DNA from: a virus
Lineage: Duplodnaviria > Caudoviricetes
Strand: one strand, 5' to 3'
IMG/VR virus record: IMGVR_UViG_3300005826_000008
Coordinates: 1 to 62,722 of that record
DNA length: 62,722 bases
The notes under the pieces were generated by a model, which worked only from the letters and a program-made list of their open reading frames with translations, was not told the origin of the DNA and searched no databases. This document shows positions 37,130-49,783 of the stretch, piece after piece. The position numbers and the translations under genes are program-made. Every line of letters starts with the position of its first letter. Within the stretch, counting starts at the first letter, position 1.

Positions 37130-38026
37130 ATGTTCGCTATTAAAAGACTTCACTTTAACATTCCCGGTAAGACTGGGGAACATGGAGTTATCATGACTGC
37201 ATACGCATTGAAAGTTTTAAACTTAGAAAAGTCAACTTTAACTAATGAAAAGGATGAGAAACTGTTTTGTAAAAAACATAATTGTGATAAGGTTTTTGAA
37301 AAAAATAGATTTGTCTGCAAAAGTTGTAGATCTGAAAAAGCAAAAGAGTATTATCAAAAAAATAAATTAAAAATAAATGAAAAACATTCAGAGTATGTAA
37401 AGAAGAATAGAGAAGAGGTTAAGAGATATAAGAGCGATTACTATTATTCTAATAAAGAAGAAATTTCAAGAAAAAAATCTATTTATTATCAAGAAAACAA
37501 GTCTTCTTTAAAAGAAAAAAATACTGAATATGTAAATGATAATTATGAGAAAATTAAAGAATATAAGCGTTTGTGGTTTCAAGATAACAAGAAAAAAATA
37601 AACTCTAAAAGAGTAGAGAAATATAATAATGATACTTCTTTTAGAATTAGGGATATAGTTAGTAAATCAATTAGACAAGGTTTAAAATTAGTTGGTTGTA
37701 CTAAGAATGACGAGTCTTGTGGTAAATATCTTGATTATACTTTTAATGAGTTAAAAAATCATCTAGAAAGTAAATTTGAGTCGTGGATGACTTGGGATAA
37801 CCATGGTGTTTACAGGGTAGAAACATGGGATGATAATGATGTTTATACATGGACTTGGCAAATAGACCATATAATTCCTCAGAGTGATCTTCTATATTCT
37901 TCAATGGAAGATGAAAATTTTAAGAAGTGTTGGAGTCTTAATAATTTAAGACCATTGTCTGCAAAGCAGAATTTATTTGATGGTCTTACTAAAGTTAGAC
38001 ATACCTGTGGGGGGTCTAATGATTAA
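37130..38026 (+). CDS. HNH homing endonuclease with Lys/Tyr repeats
   Basis: HLESKFESWMTWDNHG...WQIDHIIP...NLRPLSAKQN. Confidence 0.8.
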   Translation: MFAIKRLHFNIPGKTGEHGVIMTAYALKVLNLEKSTLTNEKDEKLFCKKHNCDKVFEKNRFVCKSCRSEKAKEYYQKNKLKINEKHSEYVKKNREEVKRYKSDYYYSNKEEISRKKSIYYQENKSSLKEKNTEYVNDNYEKIKEYKRLWFQDNKKKINSKRVEKYNNDTSFRIRDIVSKSIRQGLKLVGCTKNDESCGKYLDYTFNELKNHLESKFESWMTWDNHGVYRVETWDDNDVYTWTWQIDHIIPQSDLLYSSMEDENFKKCWSLNNLRPLSAKQNLFDGLTKVRHTCGGSND

Positions 38027-40021
38027 GCAAAATAAAAATAACCAAGATGACTATTATGATAATATACCTATTTGTATTACTGACATTATAACAATTTGTA
38101 GAGAGTATACCAAATTGAATTGGCAGATCCAAAATCAGATGGAAGATATTTTGGAGGTAGGTGTTGATGAAGCTATTGAGAATGGTTCAGTATCTAAAGC
38201 ATCATTGCCATATATTAAAAACTTTTTGAAAAGAATATGTGATAACGCATATTTTGGTGATGCGGTTGACCAAGCAAATGATTGTATAGAATTAATCCGT
38301 CAGTATGAAGATAGACATAAGATAACATCCATATCTAGATTTAATTAACATTTATTGTTAAGTTTTTGGGGCGGCATTTAGCCGCCTTTTCTTTTTATAT
38401 GAAGTGCAAGTTTTGTAATGAGATGTGTGTAGAGTCTTTTTATACAGAGATTTCACTAGATAAAACTTTTTATTGTGGTAATCATGATAAAATGATTATT
38501 ATGTTTTGGGATAATCCAACTTTCTCAGACCTTACTTTTTTTGTTGATGAATATGAATTTTCATGTACAACTACTACAGAGGGAAGTTATACTGTTTTAC
38601 ATAGGCATAACGTAGAAAGTACTCCAACATATAAAGTATATAATGGCATACCATTAGATGATTTGTTACATAAATCATTAGGATTTGAGCTACATAAAAA
38701 CCTACCAAAACAAGTGGCTTTAGTTGATTACGATTTAAATCTGACACCAGATAATGTAAGATATTATATTAAGAAACTCTTAAAGATAAGTGTATTTTCA
38801 TGAAGATTATAACTAAAGTAGTAGAAGTTGATGATATTGATTATATAATTCAATCAGAGTGTGATGAAGTTAATTTGTGGATACGAGTATTTGTTTATAC
38901 TAATTCCGATAACTTTTCATTTAAAGATGAAGTTTTTAATAGAGATATTATTGTTGATTTAGAAAAAGACTCTGTTAAAATAGAGTGGTTTGATTGTGAT
39001 AATAATATTGTTATCTTTGGTAAATTAAGAGAGGAAGTAAATTCTGTAGCAGAAGACACTTTTAAGTTACTTAAAAAGGTAAACAAGATGAAGGCATTTC
39101 TATGATACTTCCTGAAATATATGGCATTGAAGATTTGTATTCTTCAATAGAAATGGATGATGCAATATATAATTTTGGTATGTGTGATATGGGAGCAACT
39201 ATAGTATTATGGCTGACAAAAGAAATGAAATCAAATGGTGCGAGCCGTAATTTCGTTTATCTTATAGAGAATGGAAAAATACTATGGGGTGAATTAAGAT
39301 ATAAACCACCTCCAAATGTTATTGATGCTTGCAACCAATTGGCTAAATTGATTGTGTTTTTGTGATTTTAATTCAATGTACTCATTCTATGAAAAGATAG
39401 ATTTATCTAGAATTACCATAGGATCTATTATCTGTTGCCCGGTAATGCATACTTTCAAATACATACCTCAGATACCAAATCACTTATCATATTGTAAAAG
39501 AGCGATTGAAAGATATAGGACGTTGGGATATGATGAAGATCGTATCCATAGAATAATGGATGATTATCTTCAAGTTGGAAATTATTGGGAATTCGTGGGC
39601 AAATTAGGCGCACCCGAATGGTTGGTCGGTAAAAAACCAGATTAACCGGATGATATATTCTGTCTCATAGGAGATTTTAATTATGATACTAGGAGTTATC
39701 GACGGTTATTTTCATAGAATACCAGAAAGTTATGATCATCAATATTATTGTGAATCAAATAATGTTTTATATGAGTTCAGTATATTGAAATCAAGAAGTT
39801 TTTTTGATATTAATATACCTTTAATGGATGGATATGGTTTTAGTTATAGCAACCAAGAAGTATTAGATCATAAATATCTTATAGAACTTCACGGATTTAA
39901 TGGTGATTATCTTTCAATAAAAGATACTCAAATAAACGAATCGCCTTTATTACCTGGAGGTTTAAAAAGACATCTTAATAAATTCATAAAAAACATAGCA
40001 TTCGTATAAGGAAACATTATA

Positions 40022-40432
40022 ATGAGATTAGTTCATCAACGCCATAATAATGGTTGCGTATCTGCTTGTTTAGCAATGATTACTGGTTGCAGCTACAATT
40101 CCATATTTAGATGGGTTTATGGAGAGGAAAAGCAAAGAGAATATCCTGGTTTAAATTTTGAATATATAATGAGGCTAGTTGAGGAATTAGGTATTAGTGC
40201 AAAGATTTCATTTAATGTAGATAGATTTAAATCATTGAAGAACAACGCGATTATTGTTGTTGATTATGGAGAGAAGCCTGGTGATGCATTTTACTATAGG
40301 CATTCTAGACATGCTGTTGTTTGGGATAGTTCTAGTAAGAAAATTCTAGATCCATATCCTACTAACAAGAGGCACTTTAAGATAACCAAGAAATTTTGTG
40401 TAGATAATTTCTCTTTTCTTATAGAGTTTTGA
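40022..40432 (+). CDS. C39-like cysteine peptidase
   Basis: QRHNNGCVSACLAM...HAVVWD...ILDP. Confidence 0.7.
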   Translation: MRLVHQRHNNGCVSACLAMITGCSYNSIFRWVYGEEKQREYPGLNFEYIMRLVEELGISAKISFNVDRFKSLKNNAIIVVDYGEKPGDAFYYRHSRHAVVWDSSSKKILDPYPTNKRHFKITKKFCVDNFSFLIEF

Positions 40433-41038
40433 TATGAATAATGAATGTAATCATGGGCATCCTAAAAAATTTTGCAGCTTATGTTCTGTTGAAAAAATAA
40501 TCTCATCTTTAAGTCAAGATAAAGATGAGGAGTTATTAAAAATTCTTAATAGTTATAGAAATGATCTTATCTATAAAGAAGATAGAAATAAGAAGTTTAG
40601 GAATTTAAATCTATTTCTTGGCGATATTGATCTTAAATTATATGTTATCAAATCTTTAAGGTCTATGGCTGATGAATTAGAGAAAAAGGATAGGTTGTAC
40701 GTTATGTTTGCCGAACTTCCTGAGAGAGAGCCCCCTGCAAAAGGATCTACGATGGATTATATTGAAGTTATGGTTTCATATCTGTGGGGAGGATAAATGA
40801 TAAGTCCATGGCAGATTTACGATAATGAATTAGGAAGATATTCATTTAAGTTTAATAAAATTGCTGGTAAATTATATATAGATATTTCTTTTTCCAATAA
40901 AAAAATTTCTGGTGTACGAAATTGGGTTCATTCAGTAAAAGATAATAAAATTGTTCCAAGACAAGATAAATTTTTTATACCATTAACTCAGGATGTTCAA
41001 GATTATATTAACAGATTTATAAGGCTTAAGGCATTTCT

Positions 41039-41119
41039 ATGAATTACATTATTGGCTGTGATGAGGTTGGGTGTATTAATGATATGGGGCATGGTAATAT
41101 AACAATATACTATGTATGA
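41039..41119 (+). pseudogene. orphaned original N-terminus of RNase HII
   Basis: MNYIIGCDEVG then sequence diverges at the endonuclease insertion. Confidence 0.7.
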
Positions 41120-41940
41120 TAAGTGGGATTTTAGATGGATATTGCCAATGTGGATGCGGAGAATTAACCTCTATTTATAGGGGAAATCCAAGAAGATTTA
41201 TTGCTGGGCACCAAGCTAGAGGTGCGTGTAATCCTCGTTTTGGAGTAAAATTAACAGAAGATATAAAACAAAAAATATCTACTGCTAATAAAGGAAAGCA
41301 TGTTGGTGAAAATAATCCATTTTATGGTAAACATCATTCTGAAGAATCAAAAAAGATAATGTCACTTAAAGGTAAAGGAATTGCTAAAACTCCTAGACGA
41401 GGTGTATATAAATTATGTGTGGTGTGTGATAAAATTATTTATATTCCACAATCTAAAAAAGATAAAATAATTTATTGTAGTAATGAATGTAAAAATTATG
41501 ATTATAAAACCAGATTTTCTAGTGAAGATAATCCATTTTATGGAAAACATCATTCCGAAGAGACTAAAGAAAAATTAAGAAAAGCATCTACAATACAAAG
41601 AGCCAAACAATTTGTACTGCCTTCTAAACCAGAAAAGCAAATTCATGATGAGCTTTTGAAAGAAAATATTGAATTTGAAACAGAGAAACTAATAAATGAC
41701 AAGTTTTGTGTAGATATATTTATACCTAAATATAATCTTATTATATATATAGATGGTTGTTATTGGCACGCTTGTCCAATTCATTGCCCCAATGCTAAGA
41801 AACCAAATACTGATAATGCCAGAATTCCTTACCTCACTAAATGTGGATATAATGTAGAGATATTATGGGAACATGATATTAAAGCTGGCTCTGAAAGGTT
41901 AATAAAAAATATATGCAACAAATACAATGCACAGACTTAA
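41116..41940 (+). CDS. NUMOD3 + Vsr-like homing endonuclease
   Basis: NPFYGKHHSEE repeats; VDIFIP...DGCYWHACP...LWEHDI. Confidence 0.85.
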   Translation: MISGILDGYCQCGCGELTSIYRGNPRRFIAGHQARGACNPRFGVKLTEDIKQKISTANKGKHVGENNPFYGKHHSEESKKIMSLKGKGIAKTPRRGVYKLCVVCDKIIYIPQSKKDKIIYCSNECKNYDYKTRFSSEDNPFYGKHHSEETKEKLRKASTIQRAKQFVLPSKPEKQIHDELLKENIEFETEKLINDKFCVDIFIPKYNLIIYIDGCYWHACPIHCPNAKKPNTDNARIPYLTKCGYNVEILWEHDIKAGSERLIKNICNKYNAQT

Positions 41941-42509
41941 AACTAATAATAGGAGCGGACGAGGTTGGAACCGGATGTTTAGCAGGTCCACTTATAGTAT
42001 GTGCGGTAAAAGCACCAGTTTCTTGGTCGATGGAAGGTCTTAAGGACTCAAAAAAACTGACATCAAAGAAAAGAGAAGAACTTAATTTAAAGTTAAGATC
42101 TGATAAAGCAATTAAGTTTTGTATTGCGTCAAGATCAAACGAAGAAATTGATAAATATGGTCTTGGTGTAATGCATAAATCGGCGTTCATCGAGACATTC
42201 CACAACCTATACTCGGATGATTGTTTTATAATTGTAGATGGAGTTTTAAAATTTGACGGGCTAGGCGTCGATGCTTATGATATCAGGAGCGAGGTGAAAG
42301 CCGACGATAAGTATCCTGTTGTAATGGCAGCTAGTATAGTTGCAAAAACATTTAGGGATAATTTAATGCATGACTATCATAAAAAGTATCCTCATTATGG
42401 ATGGAACTCGAATGTTGGATACGGAGCAAAAATCCATATTCAAGGAATCATTGATCATGGATATTCTCCATTACATAGGAGAAGTTATAAGATAAAATCA
42501 TTGCAATAA
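41913..42509 (+). CDS. rnhB: ribonuclease HII
   Basis: IIGADEVGTGCLAGP, DSKKL, KAD, AASIVAK, NVGYG, HRRSY. Confidence 0.92.
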   Translation: MQQIQCTDLKLIIGADEVGTGCLAGPLIVCAVKAPVSWSMEGLKDSKKLTSKKREELNLKLRSDKAIKFCIASRSNEEIDKYGLGVMHKSAFIETFHNLYSDDCFIIVDGVLKFDGLGVDAYDIRSEVKADDKYPVVMAASIVAKTFRDNLMHDYHKKYPHYGWNSNVGYGAKIHIQGIIDHGYSPLHRRSYKIKSLQ

Positions 42510-42523
42510 AATCATATTGATAT

Positions 42524-43437
<914 letters not shown>

Positions 43438-43439
43438 GA

Positions 43440-43516
43440 CCCACTGTAGTCATCTGGTGATGGCAGTCGTTTCATAAGCGATACAAGGTCCGGTTCGATT
43501 CCGATCGGTGGGACCA
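43440..43516 (+). tRNA. tRNA-Met/Ile2(CAT)
   Basis: GTCGT-TTCATAA-GCGAT, ACCA. Confidence 0.82.
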
Positions 43517-43520
43517 ATAT

Positions 43521-43594
43521 CGGCTATTAGTTAAATGGTATAACGATTCGTTTACGCCGAATTATTGGGAGTTCAATTCTCTCATAGCCGACCA
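43521..43594 (+). tRNA. tRNA-Val(TAC)
   Basis: ATTCG-TTTACGC-CGAAT, ACCA. Confidence 0.85.
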
Positions 43595-43597
43595 TAT

Positions 43598-43672
43598 GTA
43601 CTGTTAGTGTAGAGGTTGCACGCTATCCTGACTAGATAGAAGTGGTCAGTTCGATCCTGACACGGTACACCA
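43598..43672 (+). tRNA. tRNA-Val(GAC)
   Basis: CTATC-CTGACTA-GATAG, ACCA. Confidence 0.85.
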
Positions 43673-43897
43673 ATTATTTTTTATTTACTTGCTTATTTAC
43701 AATTAGTATTTCATATTCGCAATCATAATACGACATTATTTGCTCAACAATATATTTCTCAAAAAAAGCCTCATTATCAATATGTAAGATGATCTTGTCA
43801 TCTTTTAGTGCTGCTTTTACAAACCAATTGTTATACTTGAATCTAAAATTAATCTCATTGATAATTTTTTTATAATCCATATCATATATACAAAATT

Positions 43898-44368
43898 ATG
43901 TTTAAGTCAACTGCAATTTACCCTAATAGATTAGAAGATAAAGATAATGTTGAGCGTTTGCTCTTGTTATCAGAAGAAGGTAATAGAATTACAAAATTCT
44001 ATTCTATTGATGGAAATCTTTTATTTGAAGGATATGAAAGAGTAGTTTATGGAGATCATGGACCATATGTAGAGTTTGATCTTCAGAATATTCGGTGTAA
44101 GTTAACATCTAAGTTTGGAAACTATATTGACTATAATAATATGCCGGGAAATCCTGATTACTATTATTATTGGTTGCATCCAGTAACTAATCCTGAGATG
44201 AAAATTTATTTACAAGTAAAACCTGTTAGTGATAAACCTGATGCTCCAGTAAGAAATGATGGAAAGCCATCTAAGTTTAATAGAGAAGAAGGTTATGCAG
44301 ACTATAAACGTGGATTCTTTTATGTAGACCCCTATTCGATGAAGGTGGAAAATGAAAATACCAAGTGA
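43898..44368 (+). CDS. hypothetical protein (YERVVYGDHGPYVEF / YADYK family)
   Basis: conserved-looking motifs, 156 aa. Confidence 0.65.
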   Translation: MFKSTAIYPNRLEDKDNVERLLLLSEEGNRITKFYSIDGNLLFEGYERVVYGDHGPYVEFDLQNIRCKLTSKFGNYIDYNNMPGNPDYYYYWLHPVTNPEMKIYLQVKPVSDKPDAPVRNDGKPSKFNREEGYADYKRGFFYVDPYSMKVENENTK

Positions 44369-44943
44369 TAAAAAATTAGTTACATTACATTGTTATATTC
44401 CACAAGATGATTGTATTCCATTGTTAGATTTTTTAAAAAAAGAATTACCAAGAGATGTTGGTTTAAAAGATGTAGTATTGACTGAAACATATCATCCATC
44501 ATCTGAATATTGTCCTGATGGATGGTCTGGTTATACTGAGCTGCATATAGGATATCTAGTTTCAAAAGACTCTTATGAAAAAGAAGTTTTGAAAGAGAAA
44601 ATTAAAGAAGAACAAGAAGAGTTAGAAGAGTTAGAAAAGAAGATAGAGAAAAAGAAATCTAAACTAGAAAAGATGCGCAAAATGCAATGAAATCTAAAGA
44701 TGAATTATATAATGGTGTAAAGATTGATATTAAGAAAGTCAATAACAAATGTTTTTGTCGTGGAGATTGCGGACCAACTCATGGTCATAGAAAGCTTAAT
44801 CATGGCGAGACTATATTGAGAATTAGGGTATATGGAACTAGTGGTTGGACTGCTGCTCTTTATTGTAAAAAATGTATGCCTGCAATTTTAGATTTGTTTC
44901 GAAAATGTTTAGATGAATATTCTGATATATAGCTTACAGATAA

Positions 44944-45017
44944 GCGGGTATGGTATAGAGGTTGTGCCTTAGACTTCCAATCTAAAGAGAGGGATTCAAG
45001 TTCCCTTACCCGCTCCA
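44944..45017 (+). tRNA. tRNA-Gly(TCC)
   Basis: TTAGA-CTTCCAA-TCTAA, TCCA. Confidence 0.9.
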
Positions 45018-45130
45018 AGACGAATGTAGATAGGATTACATTGGATAATTCTTTGTTTTTTAATAAAGATAGAAGGTTCAAGCCCTTCAACCGTTCGCGG
45101 TATAAAAAATCTTATCATTTTTAGTCGTCT
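45018..45130 (+). ncRNA. Y RNA-like copy Y15 (Lys TTT-like loop, T-arm, UUCG-closed mini acceptor)
   Basis: AGACGA/TCGTCT; GATAGGAT/ATCTTATC; GAAGG-TTCAAGC-CCTTC; ACCG-TTCG-CGGT. Confidence 0.83.
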
Positions 45131-45135
45131 AATAT

Positions 45136-45210
45136 GCGAATGTAGCTCAATGGTAGAGTGCAACCTTGCCATGGTTGATGTTGTGAGTTCGAACCTCATC
45201 ATTCGCTCCA
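45136..45210 (+). tRNA. tRNA-Gly(GCC)
   Basis: canonical cloverleaf, TCCA. Confidence 0.92.
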
Positions 45211-45923
45211 GGTAATAATTATACATTCATTTATGAATAAAGTAGCAGAATTAGCAAATTATTTAGCGAAGAAGTACGCAAACAAACCTTCAAAAGGCAA
45301 GAGAACTTGTGTTTGTGAAAACGATGCTTGTGAAGTTATGGGCATGCACGATCCAGGTAAATGTAAGGGACAAATGTTTTCTGGCAATTTTGCCTGCCCT
45401 ACTGGATATATTTGCGATGAGTGTGCTATGTATTTTCCAAAACAATATTTAACATCTGGTCTTCCGCCGGAAGAGGAAGAGGAAGAAGTAGAAGAAGATG
45501 TTAGCGACTGTTTTGATTTTCTAATGGAAGAATGATATATTCTTCTGTATGAAGACTAAAAACATATTAATTGGTTGTGATGATTTAATTATTGGAACAA
45601 TTCAATCGCTAGCTTTAACTTATAAATTGTATGAAGATTTTTTTCCAATAATGTCTGGCGGAAGAGTTATATTTGATAGGGAAAAATTAGCTGAGAGCCA
45701 AGCTTTCAATAAGGGGATAGTAGGTCCGTCTTATCAAAATAAAGTACTTAAGATTATAATTACTACGATTGATAGTGATGATCCTTCTCTTAATGAAGAG
45801 ATTATTTATCCTAATATATTGTTAATTAAAAATGATCATTATATTTATTCTATCAAAGATTATCTCATAATTGATGAATTGCATTTTGCAATTACTGGAA
45901 GTGAATAACAAAAGAGGTGTAAG

Positions 45924-46574
45924 TTGGGCTGTGATATTCATGAAAACGTAGAATATATTCGTGGAAATAAATGGGTGGCGGTTTCTAATAAGAAAGGTCC
46001 ACCTTGCTATTTTTGTAATGGTTCTGGAAAAGAAAAGAACAAAGATAAGAGAGATTGTTATTTCTGTAAAGGTTCTGGCAAAAAATGGTACATTGGAAGA
46101 AATTATATGCTTTTTGGAATCTTAGCAGGTGTAAGATGGAATGATACAAATCATATTCCTCCAAAAGGATTGCCTCCAGATGTTTCTAAGACAGTTAAAA
46201 ATGGGTATTATGAGGGAGATGACCATTCAGCTTCTTATTTTTCTCTTAAAGAATTGTTTGAATTAAAAGAAAAAGTTCAAGTTATCACTAGCTATGTTGA
46301 TATGGAAAATTATATCAAGTTCAAAAAAGAAGGGCTACCTAAATATTGGGATGATAATATTTGCCGTAGAGATAAATTGATTTCCAATGAAGAAATGGAA
46401 AGAAGAATAAATCTAGTTCCTTTCTGGGATGGCGAACGTTTTTTTACTCAGATAGTTTGGGAGCTAAAGAATTCTAAAATTGATAGTCATTTTTGGAGTG
46501 TTTTCGTTCCAGCAATGGAGAAATTGCACAAAGACCCAGAAAAAGTTAGGTTTGTATTCTGGTTCGATAATTAA
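45924..46574 (+). CDS. conserved phage protein (MGCDIH...RNY.LFG.LAGVR...FVFWFDN family)
   Basis: family motifs plus CxxCxGxG repeats. Confidence 0.7.
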   Translation: MGCDIHENVEYIRGNKWVAVSNKKGPPCYFCNGSGKEKNKDKRDCYFCKGSGKKWYIGRNYMLFGILAGVRWNDTNHIPPKGLPPDVSKTVKNGYYEGDDHSASYFSLKELFELKEKVQVITSYVDMENYIKFKKEGLPKYWDDNICRRDKLISNEEMERRINLVPFWDGERFFTQIVWELKNSKIDSHFWSVFVPAMEKLHKDPEKVRFVFWFDN

Positions 46575-46588
46575 TAAATTGCGATGGC

Positions 46589-46616
46589 TTGACTGCCGCG
46601 TTATAAGAATTACCTT
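46589..46616 (+). promoter_or_regulatory. sigma70-like promoter before tsf
   Basis: TTGACT-N16-TACCTT. Confidence 0.5.
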
Positions 46617-46634
46617 CCTTTTAAGGAGATAGTT

Positions 46635-47555
46635 ATGTCAAAAACAGATATGATAAGAGACTTGCGAGCTTTAACTCAAGCTGGATTAAAAGACTGTAAA
46701 GATGCCCTTGAAGAATGTGGATGGGATCTTAATAATGCAATTGATCTTATTAAGAAGAAGGGGCAAAATGTTGTTTCTGGAAGTAAGATTGCTGCAGAAG
46801 GCATTGTTCGCGCAATGCATTTTGGAAGTGATAAAGTTGCTGGTATGGTTGAAGTAAATTGTGTAACTGATTTTGTTGCCAGGATGCCTGAAATGAAATC
46901 AATTGCTGACAAATGTCTTTTATCTTTGTATCAACATATTTTAGTTGATAATCCTACGTGGAGTGTTACTCCAGAGATTGATTCAGAAAGAAAAGAACTT
47001 CTATCTAAAACGAAAGAAAATATAGAAGTACGTCGTTGGTGGGTAGAACAATTTGTTGGTAAACATGGTAAAGTATTTATCTATGTTCATCCAAATAATG
47101 AAGAAGGAAAGATTGGTGTTTTGTTATCTCTATCAGCCTCTTCTGAGGAAGTAGCCGAGAGTGATAAGTTTAGTGAATTGGGTGAGCAATTGGCAATGCA
47201 GGTGGCGGCAATGAGACCATTGGCTGTTGAGCCTTGTAAATTAGATCCTAATATTATTGCAAGACAAAATGCAATCTTTGAAGCTCAAATTGATGAAATG
47301 AAAAAGCCAGAAGAGGCTAAAAATAGAATCATGGAAGGTAAAAAGAGTAAATGGTATAAAGAAGTTTGTTTATTAGATCAGCAGTCTGTTGTATATCCAA
47401 AGATTTCTGTTTCAAGAGCAATTGAAAGTGTTTCAAAAGATCTTAATGGGAGTATTGAGGTTATTAATTTTGTTCGCTGTGAGGTTGGTGAAGGTATAGA
47501 AATTCAATCAGAAGACTTTGCTGATGAAGTAAACAAAATGGCTGGTGTATTATGA
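46635..47555 (+). CDS. tsf: elongation factor Ts
   Basis: LRALTQAGLKDCKDAL, AAEG, EVNCVTDFVA, LAMQVAAMRP, FVRCEVGEGIE. Confidence 0.93.
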   Translation: MSKTDMIRDLRALTQAGLKDCKDALEECGWDLNNAIDLIKKKGQNVVSGSKIAAEGIVRAMHFGSDKVAGMVEVNCVTDFVARMPEMKSIADKCLLSLYQHILVDNPTWSVTPEIDSERKELLSKTKENIEVRRWWVEQFVGKHGKVFIYVHPNNEEGKIGVLLSLSASSEEVAESDKFSELGEQLAMQVAAMRPLAVEPCKLDPNIIARQNAIFEAQIDEMKKPEEAKNRIMEGKKSKWYKEVCLLDQQSVVYPKISVSRAIESVSKDLNGSIEVINFVRCEVGEGIEIQSEDFADEVNKMAGVL

Positions 47556-47935
47556 CGAAACAAGATCTAATTAAAAAGATGAAAGATTGTATTGGTGAGA
47601 AAGAACCAATTGAATTCTTCCATCATATGGTTGATGCTTTCGAGGAATTGTTTAAAAATCTAGATTCCTTGAATAAGGAGGTTCGAGATCTCAAAACAAG
47701 AAGCACATTGTCTATTCAATGGGAGCCTAAGGTTGCATCAAATATGTTATCAGACAAAATCTCTGAAATGAGAGATAATGATTTGTATACTTCTGAGTAC
47801 TCATCCTTAAAAAAAGCATACGTTGAAGATAGAGTAACTCAAAACTACCATGATTTCTGCGAGTTTTGGGTTGATATATTAGGATATCATCCATTTTTAG
47901 ACTACTAATAATTATGCATTATCCCGGAAGATAAT

Positions 47936-48006
47936 ACCGGGGTGGTGTAAAGGTATCACGAATTCCTCCGAAGAATTAGATTTGGGTTCGAATCCCAACC
48001 ACGGCG
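47936..48006 (+). tRNA. tRNA-Arg(CCG)
   Basis: AATTC-CTCCGAA-GAATT, GGTTCGAATCC; imperfect acceptor. Confidence 0.78.
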
Positions 48007-48405
48007 CAAAGTTATAATGAAATTAAGATATGATTTTGGTAAGAATCTAAATCTTTCTGAATTTAAAAGCAGATTTTATACCTATTTGGGCGAAGATATC
48101 TCATATACTATTTTTTTACATGATTTTAGAATTGATATCAATCCAAGTATAAATAAAGAGCTTTTGTATATTAATGTTTACAGTATTGTTAGAGATCTTG
48201 AAGAAGACATAACATTTGCACAGATAATTTGTCCTCAGCATGATAAGAGACTTGAAACATTGGATATAATAAAAAAGATGTTTCCAGATAACGGAAGTTA
48301 TTATGGAGAGTTTGATTTAATAAATAAAAACAAATATGAAGTTGTAAAAGATGTTTGCGATTTAATTAATATTTTGCATAGAGTTTCGAATTTAAAGGTT
48401 TTCTT

Positions 48406-48795
48406 ATGAAATCGATAGGTAAGTTGGTATATAGCCCGAGGACGCATCTAGCTTCGAGCGAAAGGTGGCTTGTTGTCATGTGTGATGATGAGTTATCAAA
48501 ATATTACCGTTCTTTGTTTTATATGGAGTACCCTTGGCTTGGTAAATTATCAAGACCTGTTTGGGGAACACATATCAGCGTAATAAGGGGCGAGAAAATA
48601 CCAAATCATAATCTATGGAAAATGGATGAGGGGAAGATAATAAAATTTGAATATGAGCCTGGTGTAATAGATAATGGAGAATATTATTGGTTGAAAGTAA
48701 AATGTGATTATCTCTCAGAATTGAGAGAAAAATATGGTCTATCAGGGCGCCCTAAATTCGGATTTCATCTTACAATAGGGAGAACTACACAATGA
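48406..48795 (+). CDS. 2H phosphoesterase-like protein
   Basis: two HxS/T motifs: THISV and FHLTIG. Confidence 0.6.
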   Translation: MKSIGKLVYSPRTHLASSERWLVVMCDDELSKYYRSLFYMEYPWLGKLSRPVWGTHISVIRGEKIPNHNLWKMDEGKIIKFEYEPGVIDNGEYYWLKVKCDYLSELREKYGLSGRPKFGFHLTIGRTTQ

Positions 48796-49448
48796 ATTTT
48801 AATTTATATCTGATCCGTCATGGTCAATCTGTGATAAATGAAGATGAGGATGCGGCGGGTCAAAATTCTAAGACTCCTTTATCTAAGTTAGGTGAAGAGC
48901 AAGCAAAACTTGTTGGCAATTATCTTAGTAAATTACATTTTGAGAATAAGTTAAATTTGGAATTAGTTTATTCTTCTACTGATCTTAGAGCTTGGAAAAC
49001 CGCCAAGCTTGCTCTTGGAGACTATGTTCCGATTACTACTGCTCCAGAGTTGAGAGAAAAAGAGTCTGGAGATTGGTTGGCTAAAAAGAAAAGTGAAGTT
49101 ATTACTACTGATGTAAAACTTCAGATGGGATATCTTGGGGGGTCATTCATGATCCCTGGTGGAGAATCAAACAACATGGTTGAAAGACGTGTTGTTGGTT
49201 GGTTTGAGAAAAATTTCTTATGTAACGATATCTTTGTTTCTTTTGCTGAAAGAGCAATGCCTGATATCATAATATTTTCTCATGGTGTTGCAATAAGATC
49301 ATTCTTGCACAATATTATGGGGTTTGATCAGAATTTCTTATGGAAGATAGATATAGATAATACATCTATAACAAAACTTAATTTCAGCCGAGTTGGTTGG
49401 AGATTAAATTATCTTAATGAGACTTCACATTTGAAGTATAAAATTTAA
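48792..49448 (+). CDS. histidine phosphatase family protein
   Basis: LIRHGQS, SSTDLRA, GGES, FSHG. Confidence 0.88.
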   Translation: MNFNLYLIRHGQSVINEDEDAAGQNSKTPLSKLGEEQAKLVGNYLSKLHFENKLNLELVYSSTDLRAWKTAKLALGDYVPITTAPELREKESGDWLAKKKSEVITTDVKLQMGYLGGSFMIPGGESNNMVERRVVGWFEKNFLCNDIFVSFAERAMPDIIIFSHGVAIRSFLHNIMGFDQNFLWKIDIDNTSITKLNFSRVGWRLNYLNETSHLKYKI

Positions 49449-49466
49449 AATGAAAGGTTAATTACA

Positions 49467-49754
49467 ATGAGTGTTCCTACTGTTTTGAGAGATAAAGTTT
49501 GTGTTAAATTGAATGAAGTTGAAGAAAAAAGCTCAGGTGGATTATATATCCCAACAACAGTTGACCAAGATGTTGTAGAGGGTACGGTAGTTTCTGTTGG
49601 TAATGGACATCTTTTAAGTTCAGGAAAATTTTCTCCATTGACATTGAAAGAAGGAGATGTTGTGTCTTTTAAAAAATCTTCTTCTACATTAGTTTCTATT
49701 AAGGGAGAGAAATTTTTTGTAATGCATGAAGCAGATGTAGTTTGCAAACATTGA
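49467..49754 (+). CDS. groES: co-chaperonin GroES
   Basis: LRDKV, EEKSSGGLYIP, GTVVSVGNG, LKEGDVV. Confidence 0.88.
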   Translation: MSVPTVLRDKVCVKLNEVEEKSSGGLYIPTTVDQDVVEGTVVSVGNGHLLSSGKFSPLTLKEGDVVSFKKSSSTLVSIKGEKFFVMHEADVVCKH

Positions 49755-49783
49755 TTTAAAATCTTGGTCGGAAAGGATTCGTT

